64,000 nt of DNA from Hyphochytrium catenoides (taxonomy: Eukaryota > Protista > Hyphochytriomycota), in contig FLMG01001623.1 in assembly GCA_900088475.1 (NCBI GenBank), positions 1-64,000 of the forward strand, written 5' to 3'. The translations under genes were made by a program, and so were the position numbers. Of the stretch, positions 25,028 to 35,961 are shown one piece after another (position 1 is the stretch's first letter; each line of letters starts with the position of its first letter). The notes under the pieces are model-generated. The model made no database searches, was not told the origin of the DNA, and saw nothing but the letters and a program-made list of their open reading frames with translations.

Positions 25028-28000
25028 CTATAAATCCACCTCTTCCTCGTCCACGATGTCGGGAATGTCAGCCACGCTCAATCCTGTGGATAAGCCAAAG
25101 CCGTTAACAAAAAGAACTGGAATGTATGAAGGGGACCCTACGGAAGTGCAGCTGACAGTTGCATAAGTGGGATAGAGCTAGCAAGGGATAGGCTTAGGAT
25201 GAGTGATTGAAGGGCGGGCTTACCTGTTACGTAAGATAGAAAATAGATAGGATCTTTGCTAAGTACTTTGATCAGGCCCGGGAATTTGCCCTGCACTTCT
25301 CGCCGCATCTCATTGAGCACAGCGCCAGGAGAATGGCGAACTTTTGCCTATGGTGGTTGACAGGTAAAGGAGAATACGAAGGAACAGGATTCCAAGCCAT
25401 CAACAGAAACGTTGAGCATTGCCTCGTACGGTGCTCACCTGGAGCTGAACAAGGCTTCCCCGAGCCTGGATCTCCTTGCGATAGGCCTCTGCTGCCTCCT
25501 TCTCCTTCCCCTTGAGATGCCCTAATCCTTTGCTTCTAGCCCTCGAACCTCCCTTCTCGGGGCCAGAGCTGCCTGCCAGTCGTGGACTTGAAGATCGCTC
25601 GACCAGAGTATCCCCACAGTCGTCATCGTACTGCTTCACCTTGGCCTTGAAAGGAAAAGGGAGAGCCTAGGTCTTAGAATGTAGGTTATTAGTAGGGAGA
25701 GCAACATCGAATTGTCGAGAAGTGTTTATACGAGCATAAACCTCCCACATATCGCCAAAGTCGTTACGTAAGGCCATGTCTTACCCGTAGCTCGTCAATA
25801 CTCCTTCGATTATGGCCCTGCATAACGTTCTCTGCAGTCCTCCTGTCTGACGTGAGCTGGGTGGAGCCTTGACTCCCGACAGTTCGCTCTTCATCGATAG
25901 GGCTATAAGATCCGCCAAATAAAGGGCTGAAAGGGGAATTAGCCGCTGATAAAGGGCCCTCGCCTTCCTGACGTGCTTTCGCCTGGGCCAGAGAGGGTCG
26001 CGTGAGGTGCAAGTGATACTAGTGGACAGAAAGGGTGGCCGTAGACCGAAAGGAAAAGGATGAAAGAGAGAGGGAGCTATTTTAAGGGCTGATCTTCTCA
26101 AAGATCGCGCTCACCCGCAGATCTTGAATGCCAGTTTGAATTTTCTCGCGGTATGTTTTTGCACTCAAAGCTTCTCTCCGTTTGTCTAAAAGTAACTCGT
26201 CTGATGGCGTCGAAGTGCCAGAAGTGGAGCCTCCACAAAGGGGTCGACCTCCAGTTGTGAGCGTTAAGCCTTTCTCTTCGTTTTCTCGCACTTTCGCCTA
26301 GAGCCAACGCTGTTAGACAGTGCAGAGAATGACAGGCTGGAGTGAGAGCAGGAAGGAAGGCAAGAAAGAGAAGTGGACGCTCGTTACCCGGAGCTCTTCG
26401 ATGTTTGAGTGAATCTGTCTCCGATAGGGGCCCATCGTATCCTTTTCCATACCGTCTACACTCTTCTCGCTCTTTACAACTGGAGAAACCACTTTAGGTT
26501 CCCAGCTTACACCGAATAGTGGACTGGGAGGAGAGTGACCACCAGATTCTACGACTGCTGCCTTGCTGCTTTCATAGCTTGGCAGTGCATGACTCACGTC
26601 TATCTTTGATGGGGCACCTTCCAATGCACGTGATCCCACTCCAACAGAGCCTTCCCCACCTCTTGTTGGACGCATTGGACTGACGCCGCCCGTAGGTGCA
26701 CTGCTGGGAGAAAAGCGGCGATCTGCGCTCACTCGCTGGTGGCTGGATCTTATGGGTGAGTAGTACATTTGGCTGCCTAGAGGATGGAGATGCTGGTGGG
26801 TGGCATTACTAGGTTCTCTTGCGTGTATGCCGCCAGGATGTCGTACTGGACTTAAGCCCAACTCATGTCCTTCAGTTAACGAGCGCTTCTGCCTCTCAAG
26901 CTCCGTGTCCCTGGCGGAGGGGGGAACTATGAAGCTTCTGCTTTGGGTCTTTGATACTGCCAAAGGGAATTCTCCGATCTGCTCTGTCGACATGGAGGGA
27001 GCGCTATGGCGGCCCCCCGCCTCTTTCAGGGCCAACCCTGGTACATTCTGCTCCAAGGAATATCCTGTATCGGCCTCTAGATTAGCCTCCTGAAGAGCAT
27101 TGACCCAATCGTCTCGCTCTTGACTTGTAGGCGCCTACATAGTAACTCATCAGAGTTTAATCCTATCACCCCTCAGCAGACGCAACACGGCATGTGACGG
27201 GTGATTGTACGCAAGTATCTAACAAGGGACGGCACTCACCCCTAGAAAGTACGTCCGGTTACTACCGGTGCATCTGGTTCCTCTTGGAGCTATTGAGAAG
27301 AAGTAATAGCCCCGATATCTCTAGGAGAAGCGAGAAATAGTAACGATCTCCATCCTGCACTGTGACCAAGGTCATTTTTGACGTACCGAAGGAATGTCGG
27401 GCATATTAGTGTTGATTAGGCGGATCTGCTTGTCCTAAGTACCAAGATAGCGTTATGTGTAGGCGCAAGAGAAAGGAGAAACAAGATTTAGCCGATTAAG
27501 CTGTTCACACAAAGGATGAGGCATTCAGTACGGAGAAGGAAGGAGAGGTGAGTACGACTGAGTCAGCAAACAAGGAAAAAAAGAAGAGGGAGGCAGAGAG
27601 TAAAGAGGAAAGGAAGGGCTTGTCCATATGCCTGTTTTGTAGGGAAGTACCCACTAGAGAACTCTCACTAGCTAAGATGGGAGTAACCCAAGTGCGTAGA
27701 CTAGCTGTCACCTGCAAGGAAATCTGGTCAAGCGGAGACACCTCCCTCTCCGACTCGTAGTACTTCAGATGTCCGTCTCGAAGGTTAAAGAATCTGAGCG
27801 ACGCTGCTTAGTGACTTCTGATAGTACTCCATGAGCCAGCCATGTTTGCATTTCATCCTTTCCTCACCACTCTTCCCCTCACCATCCAATGCCTTTTGCT
27901 GTGCAGCAAGTGTGTTTCCTCTCTCCCAAACCCCGACCTACTTCGTGACTCCATTTATTCGCCTCCGACGTGCCGCTTACCTCTCTTTCCAGCTTGCCAC

Positions 28001-31000
28001 TTGCCCGCCCTGGAGCGTCCGAGAGGAGTTAGCTACCCTTCTCCAGCGCAGAGAGAGAGAGGAGAAGCTTACCATCTTAATGAGTTTACCCGTCTTTCTA
28101 ACCCTAAAAGCCTGCTGCTGCATCGGTCTAGGTGGAGAAGACCTCGCATTCTTTGCTCTATCTATTATCGTTAGTAAGGAAGACTGAGCTGGCTTAGAAT
28201 CGGAACTAACCTTCCTAATACATCCTCTCGAACGACGCTAGACGTAACAACTGGCAGAGTAAGAGCCTGCGGCTCCTGTCCAGGATGGGGGTCAAAGAGT
28301 ATAATCAACTGCTGGACCCTGTAAAGGTGTGCGTTCTTCATCGCATTGTCTAGCTCGGAAGTCTCCAAAACATAGGGTCCAGAGCCAAGGAAGTTCGTGT
28401 TGAGCTGCGCCCTAAACATCTTTGTCCTGGAATTCTGGGCATGGTGGAAGCCCAAAATTGTGAAGTCGCCTTTTACATCTCGATTCGGTTGAAACATGAT
28501 AGAGGCGTCTGCAGATGTAATTGATGGAGCAGAAGGAGAAACGAGTGGAGCCAAGGACGGTTACGTTCGCAGAACCTGGACACGAGACCAACATGGGGGA
28601 CATCAAGCGAGAAGGACGAACTATATAGAGGAACAAGGACTTTGAAAAGGTTTGAACGAACCGGAAAAGATGGCCAAGAAAGTAAGTAAACGGACGCGCT
28701 CAGGCATGTTAGGACGGGCAGAAGAGTAGAGTGCTAGGGAGGTTATCCGTGTAAGAAAGAGTCTATTCTCCACGGTACTCACATTCTGAGCCATCTGAAG
28801 GGTACGTCACACCATGATCATCTCTCCCGCTATTGAAGAGTACTTTAACCTCTCCATTTCCTACTCCAGGCTGCACTTCCTCTACAATCAGCACAGGGGA
28901 TGAGGAGCCGTTGAAACTTTCTTGACCTCTCCTGATGTCCAGAATGATCTGGTTGATGCGGACACGGGCGGGTTGAGTGATGAAGCGTGGACAGCGGCTT
29001 GGATCAATAGCTTCCCTCCTCTCTCTTCGAAGCATCTGAAAAAGCAGTAATGAGCTTCCAAAGAACTGCTTGAACCAAAGGTAAAGCTAACCACGACCGC
29101 CACAAGCATTTGTACGAAGCACAAGGGAAAGTGAGAGTCTAGATGAAGAAGAGAAGGCATCGTGCAGGTGAAAGCAAGGAGCTTGGAGCTGCACTCCAAT
29201 AAGTATTAGGAGGTGCAAATAATAGAGAAGCGAGTTTTCCATCACGACTGTCCTACCTCTGCAAAGTAATAAATATATCGCAACTGGGAAGGATTCTCCA
29301 CACCTTGGCCTCGCTGCAATCGGAAGTGCTTGGCCGCCTCCTGCACTTTAGCCAGAACCGCTTGTTCGTTCTGTAGTTCTTCCAGCCTTCGTTGTGGGTG
29401 AGAGGAGAGACAAGCAGGCTAAGAATTGAGAGATAGAGGAGAATTGTGATCGCATTTAAGAGTGAATGACAAAGGACGGAAAGTAAGCAGCCTCACGGCG
29501 AGCTTGAAAGGTTCTAAGGAAAAGGGAGAAAGAGACACAAGACAATAACAAAGTCCGGTCGACAGAAGTGTAAACATTTAAGGGCTAACCCAAGCTAATC
29601 GCATCGCAAGGGATGTGCTGAGAACAAGAGAGAGAAAGCTCTCCTACCTTCCAAAAATGCCCGCATATAGCATGTAACTAACGAGCACTAGTCCCGTCCG
29701 GCCCTGTTATGCCACAGTGCAGGTCGAGCCCCGCATATCAGCATGTTTAGTGGGACAAGGCAGAGATACAGAAAAAGGCAAAGACAAGCATTCCTTCCCT
29801 ACCTTTCCTGCTAAACAATGCACCACTGCCACGTGATCCTCCCTTGCCTCTACCCACCGATCGATCTCCCTAACTGCTTCCCAAAGCAACTTCAAACTGG
29901 GGGCGAAGTGGTCCGGAAAAAAGTACTCTTTAACCTAAGCAGAGCGGGCAGGGTTGTCACTGGAAATTTAGGACAAGGAAAGAATCAGCCGCTATAAGGA
30001 GCAGGATAACGATGAGGAAGAATAGCACCCAGGTGATGAGAGAAGAGGCTGCCCTGGCTAAGGCGGAGCGAGGAGGAGTATGACGAGGGCTTCAGCGCAG
30101 TTGGCGCTAGAAGACTGTATCGCTTATATCTGGCCTTACCTGGCGGTGAAACTTCTCATAGTCGTAGACTCTATATATACGGAAGATGGACAGAACGGGT
30201 GAGGACAGACGGAGGTAAAAAGTGCAATGAAGGGAGGAAGGCGAGTAGTTAAAGCACGAGGCGTCAAGGCCCCTGCACCGCTCATGGACAGGTTGCAAGG
30301 CCGCGAAAGAATCCCACGCGGATTGAGAGACAGAGTGAAGTAGGTGGAGAGACATAGGTCAAGAGGTCAGGTTAAAGTAACTTAGCACAGAGAGGGCGCG
30401 GGGCATCATCGAGAAGATGATGTTTGAGAAGAAGAACACGTTATAAAGGAAGTGAAAGCAAGCCTGAGCGTAGAACGGAACTCTGTCCCCGTAGTTCACA
30501 GAGGAGGAGGAGGCAGGGGAGGAAGATGTGCTCTACGTTCATTCCCAGAAGTTGTCTCCTACCTTCCACTAAGGTTAAAGACTTGATAACTGTCAGGATA
30601 GCTTCTGTCTAGATATCCCGCCACCTATCAAGAAAGAGGTTACTTTCTCTGTGTACCCCTTTCCTTGTTTGCCTTTTTTTTCTCGCGAATGCACCGTGTG
30701 CGCAAAGGCTTCCATCTACCCCTAAATGTCTCCTTTCTCCCGTGAGGTGGTGGCTAACTATTCAGCAGGCTGTGACTAGCTCCTTAGCTCTTCCCGTCCT
30801 CCAGCCTTTTGCCCCCAGGTACTCTTGTCCTAGCTCCTCCATCCGCCTTCTGCTCACTTTTTTTCCTCTTTCAGTCAGTCAACCCCACTTCTTCTAGTAC
30901 ACCGCTGTGTTGCGACTCCCTCTTCTTTCCTTCTCTCCTTTTCCCACACTTTCCAGCCTTATACAAGGGCTGACCTCATTGATATCGTTCCTGATTACTT

Positions 31001-31127
31001 TCTCGATGCCGCTGGCAGGGAAGGACATTGCGATCAGATTTCGGTGGATTCTGGTCAGGTCAAGATCGACTCCATCCTCCCGTAGGCGATTCCGGGGCCC
31101 AGAAAAGTAGGAACGGATAAGATTCAT
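25028..31127 (-). CDS. PTEN-like phosphoinositide phosphatase with C2 domain, PH domain and repeat-containing tail (multi-exon)
   Basis: N-terminus RNRLREDGVDLDLTRIHRNLIAMSFPA; VFNLS; YDYEKF; FPDHFAP; VVHCLAGK|GRTG; GVENPSQLRYIYYF. C2: DVKGDF...KMFRAQLNTNF...ELDNA. PH: KTGKLIKM|GGQVASWKER|FFNLRDGHLKYYES...RTYFLG|APTSQERDDWVNALQ. Ends IVDEEEVDL* (TAG at 25030-25028). Confidence 0.85.
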
Positions 31128-31371
31128 TTCTCTCCGCCTTCGCTTCCCTGCGCCTTTTTGCTGTCTCGTTCTCTGAATGTCCCTCTTCGCTCTCTTTCAG
31201 TAGGTGTGCCCACCCTTCTACACCTAAAAGCAGAAGAGAGAGCAACCGCTTTCCTTTATCTCCGCTCTTATACGTCGTGCTCCCAGGGATGAAAGGCTAA
31301 AACCTGCAGAGCCAAGCTGCTTGACTCTTCTTGCTGCTGCTTGCTGCACGCCTTCCAAACCTTACTGCCGC

Positions 31372-31548
31372 CCAAGCTAGCACCGCTGACCGCTAACTAC
31401 TGCTGCTGTTGCCAAGCTAGCACCGCTGACCCCTAACCATTGCTGCTGTTGCCCAAGCTAGCACCGCTGACCGCTTACCACTGCTGCTGTTGTCCAAGCT
31501 AGCACCGCTGACGGCTGATCGCTAACCACTGCTGCTGCTGCCCTAGCT
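31372..31548. repeat. Minisatellite, 4 copies of a 40-41 bp unit
   Basis: Units start at 31372, 31412, 31453 and 31494; consensus CCAAGCTAGCACCGCTGACCGCTAACCACTGCTGCTGTTG(C). Confidence 0.9.
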
Positions 31549-33386
31549 GTCCTTGGTCCTTGGCACCCACGCACACTCATCCAGCTTCTTCAACGTCTTC
31601 CACCTGGCAGCAGCTGCTTCTGTCGTCGTTCTTCTTGAGAGTCGGCGGATGAGGGGAAGCAAGCGAGCGAGTGCAGAAGCGTCCAACCGGAACTGAACGC
31701 TGTGTACGACGCTCATCTGTGGTGTACACGGCTAACAACATCGTACAGTCAGAAGCCCCTACAGTGTCCATTGTGGGCGGGAGTGCGTTGTTGTTGTTCC
31801 TCATCGGCAGAGAGCAAGGGGAAGGGACGTTATGGAGGTGTACGCCAGCTACACCCTCAGTGTCTTCATCACAAGGCCCAAGGAGGAGGAGGAGGAGTGT
31901 GGGGCGGCTGACGCGGCGCTGGAAGGAAGAGATGAAGACGATGATGAAGATGCGATAATGTGGCTCATACATCGAGGGAAGGGAGACGGCGAGGCTCATA
32001 TAGTTAATAGGGAGAGGTGATTGAGAAGTGATGGCGAGGAGGTGTCTCGGCAAGGATAGTGATCTATTAGATGCATGGGTAACGAAGCTCATAATAGAGG
32101 GAGGAGGAAGAAGTGAGGCATGATGCGAAGGGAGGAAGAATTGAGAAGCGATAGGAAGGAGTGGGCGGCAAGATGGATAGAGATGCGCCTCGATCCATCA
32201 GATGGATGAGGAAAAGAAGCTCATAGAGGAAAGGGGGAGGAAGATGTGAGGCGTGATGCTCAAGGAGGAAGAATTGAGAAGCGATAACAAGAAGGTGACT
32301 GGTAGTGACGATGCCCCCTCGATTCCCCCTATTGATCAAGGATGCAAGGTTGATTGCCGAGGAGGAAGGTGCGGCGCCATGGCGAGGAGTTGAGGCATTG
32401 ATAGAGGAAATAAATGTGCCCTGAATCATCAGATCCTGATGGAAGAGAGTTCTATAAAGGACGAAGTGATAAGGAGATGTCCCTCGATCACTAGACCCTT
32501 GATGGCACCCAGAGGCCTCTTTTAAGCGTCCTACAGGTTGACACAGTCATTGCACAGGCTAAAGGAATCTCTTGCTGTGGAAGGGATGGCTTATTGGCTT
32601 TGATGGTTAGCCTCGTCGTCTTTCTCTTGCAATTCAGCAGCTCGACGATGCTTCTTCATACTCTCTCTTAACCCATCTAAGAAGTTGGTAGCTATCAGGC
32701 AATCTACCTCTCTAAAATCATCAGCAATGGTGAAGGGAGTCGTGACCTTCCATACCTTGCGACCTATGAGCTTCATCTCGCTTCTTAGGTCGTCTCGGTT
32801 GGATGCTCTCGTCACAATGCCGTAGATCAAATGCTGGCATCTTACTTTGTTCTTCTTTCTCTATATTTTGTTCCTTTTTCCTCAATGGCAAACTAGTCCA
32901 TGTATATGCCAGACCTTGTAAGATCCACGACTATTCCCATAACGGAACTTCGGCTGATCAATGGAGAACTCCAAGCGCTGCCTGCCTGGCCGTAAGGATT
33001 TCGCTATTGTGAAGGTCTTGAAAAGCTGATGGAGGAGAGTCACCCTAGGAGAAGACGACGCTATTCTGAAGCCCAAAAAGAAGTCGTTTGGAGCCACTAA
33101 GGTGATCAGCTATTGGCAGGAATCTCAGAAGACGGATGCGTGCTCTGATTGGGCTTTCCGAGGTTCGGGACTACTAAGACTTGCATCTGATGAGAGGTGT
33201 ACAAGAGGTCCTATCTGCTCTCCTGGAGTATCATCACGGCGGGAGTGACCTTGTGGGAGAAACGTCCGCCCTTTGCTTTGGCGACTGTTGAGGAGTTTAC
33301 TTCTGCCTGCTACCGATGCAGCTCTGCTTCTGACTGCCGATGCGCCTTCTCGTCGATTCATTCCTTAATAAATGACCCTTGAGCTA

Positions 33387-34870
33387 TCAGGCCTCAATCA
33401 GAAGAGCATACCGATTCAGCAACGTATCCTCTGTCAAGGCTTTCACTCCTTCTTCTTCTACTGTCAATATGACGGTAATGTCTCCAGACTCCGGCCCCTG
33501 CATCACTCGGAAGAATCCGGGGGGCAGCCGACCTCCGCCTGACGTCGCAACGAAAGGCTTTCCCCACCCAAGGTCAAACCTGGCGCTTTCAAGATGAGCC
33601 TGACACCAATTCGTGCCCACAACATCGGCGGCGAAAGTAATTCGACCTGGAGGTTCAGCATTCTTTGGATCCTCAAAGAAGAGAATCTTTTGAGCTATGG
33701 CTTCCGGTGCAAGTTGACGGTTTATCGCTTTCCGGATTTCAGTAGCAACATGAGACGCAGACTCACAAGTGGTCGAGAGTAGGTCAGATCGAGAGGCCGT
33801 TGTAACGACCAAAATATTGAGATTCCCAAAGTACTGCCTGGCAACGGCGGCGCTGGGAGACCTGTACCGTCCATCAGCCGCCATCGCCAGGACTTGGCTT
33901 CCAGGCTCATCGGATAATACAGACCTTGAGATCTTTGCGACATATGCGCGAGCAATTGCACCCCATAGAAGAGCGGAGAGTGCATCATTAGATGATATAT
34001 ACAGACCACCAGCTGCGGAAGACGCCGGAACCGTGAGGTCACGCTTGAGTTGCATGACCGCGTTTGGCGTAAACTTCCATCTTGTGATTGCCGAAGGAGG
34101 AAATGAAGGTAACGTGCTTGATGGAGTTGAAGAAGAGACAGCAAAGGGTGGCGGAGGGCTTGTTGGCAGTGAAGCGGTAGCAGTATTCAACCCAGGAAAG
34201 AATCGACCAGGAGTACGAGACCAGTCATCGGGAAGTCTGGAACAATCAGCACTTTGGCCTCGAGCTATTTGAGCCCAAACTTCGAGAAAATTGAGGAAAC
34301 CCCGTAAGTCACTGACTTGGTGATGCATGGAAGTGGCTAGGGCAATCGTTCCGCAGGAGAACTTGAGTCAGAATCAAGCGTCAGACTGGCGGCAATGGAT
34401 GATGCAGACGCGAGGGACATACTTACTTGCGTCAGTTTGACTGCTAATGCACTTGCGGGTGTAGGAAGGAAGACCTCAGGTCTGGGAGATATGTCGTCAG
34501 TATCAGCTTCGAACTGCGTTTCTTTCACTGCAACGACGAAAGGGGTCTCCAGACATGGGGGACTCATATCGATGCAAGCTTTGCCCCCGTCTCCACAATC
34601 AGCTCGCACAGTTCCGGCAGCTGGTGGGAAGAGTGCAAGAGCTTTAGCAAGAGAGAATCTTAGTCAATCAGCAACAACCTCAAGGCTAAACGGTGGGCGG
34701 TGGTAGAACTGGTGTATGCTGATGTGCACAGGGCCACTGAACAGATCCAGACCATGCAACGCAATCGGAGATGGATTTATCATTGATGGGCTACTAGTGC
34801 CTTCATCATTGGCGGGGTGGACTACTGTCAACAGGTCCCTGCTGAGTTCGGATCTTTTCCAGTCATTGGC
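33387..34870 (-). pseudogene. BAHD-family acyltransferase interrupted by an in-frame TGA (pseudogene, sequence error or readthrough)
   Basis: IALHGLDL...EVVAD*LRFSLAKALALFPPAAGTV with the stop at 34666-34664. Intron 34426-34362 joins VKLTQ|FSCGTIALATSMHHQVSD (HxxxD). Also ISSNDALSALLW, ADGRYR, YFGN and DLGWGKP (DFGWG variant). Confidence 0.7.
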
Positions 34871-35961
34871 TTGGTAGAAGTAGGAGGAGTGGCTGTAGTA
34901 TTGGGTCAATGGTGACAATGGACGACGGATCGTGATTACCTCGCGCGGCCCGCGGCCCTGATGCACGAACGGACGATGATTGTTCCCTGGCAGAGGAGAG
35001 GAAAGTGGCTATTGCTGCTTACAGGCCGTATCGACCTTACAGAGTAACAATGCCGCAACGGTATAAGGGGTTGTAAGGGGAAGAAGAGTCAGATGAGCGT
35101 TAGTAGCTGCAAGCTTCCCAGACCTTGGCAGGCTAGTCAAAGAGAAAGTCAAAAAGTGTAGGTGAAGATTGCCACTGGATCTTTCTCCAATAAAATTGTG
35201 TACCAGTCCTGGACGGGAGAGGTGACAGCCAAGCAGGGGCGAGAGTGTTGGTCACTACAGGTTCCAGCCTAATAATAACGGCCAAGCCAGTACTTCGGAC
35301 AGCCAAACTTCCTTAAGAGTGATTGTCATCTTCGGTGTGGATGAGTTATTATGATGCAATGGCATGATCCGAGACCCTGCAAGTGGTGTTTATGGTGTTT
35401 ATCAAGTCACCATCCAGATCTTGAGTTCCTGGCGCTGTTGCTGCTGTCTGACGCCACAGTCCTTCAACGAGACAGACTGACCAACGTAAGTCTGGCTGAC
35501 TCTTGACTGCAGATGACGAACACCAAGACTTGACATCTTGAGAGCACATTGTGGAAGATGGGTGGTTCACCAAACTGAGACACGACTGCCGTGCACTTTC
35601 ACGGACAAGACTCATATGCAGCAGATTGCAAAGCGGTTATACCCTGGTGGTCAGACCTGCAACCACTATAGCACAAGTTACGGCACCTTCCGATGACAGC
35701 GCTGAACCTGACATTTCAAGGATTAGAGCTAAAGCCTTCGGTTGTACCTAACATGCTTCACATGTGTGACTATGGGTGGCGTCTCATTCAATCTTTGGGC
35801 TCAGGACGAAGCAGGCACACGACCTGTCTCTTTGTTGGCGCCTTTTCTTGCTTATATTCAGATGTGCTAGACAAAGCTAGGGCCCTATCATTTCTGAATG
35901 GAGTCAGGTAGAGCAGATCCTTCGATCACAATCTCTATTGACGTGAGTTAATTCTCCACAA

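Noticed and set aside
31372-31548. CRISPR-like regular repeats
   Set aside because: The intervening sequences are near-identical rather than unique spacers, there are no cas genes, and the context is eukaryotic.
32591-33361. Short minus-strand ORFs downstream of the BAHD gene
   Set aside because: Could not be joined into a convincing gene; no recognisable domain.
34664-34666. Selenocysteine or a reassigned TGA
   Set aside because: The position is not a catalytic Cys site, I identified no SECIS, and TGA is the normal stop of GalE, the MFS, the CID gene and this same gene.
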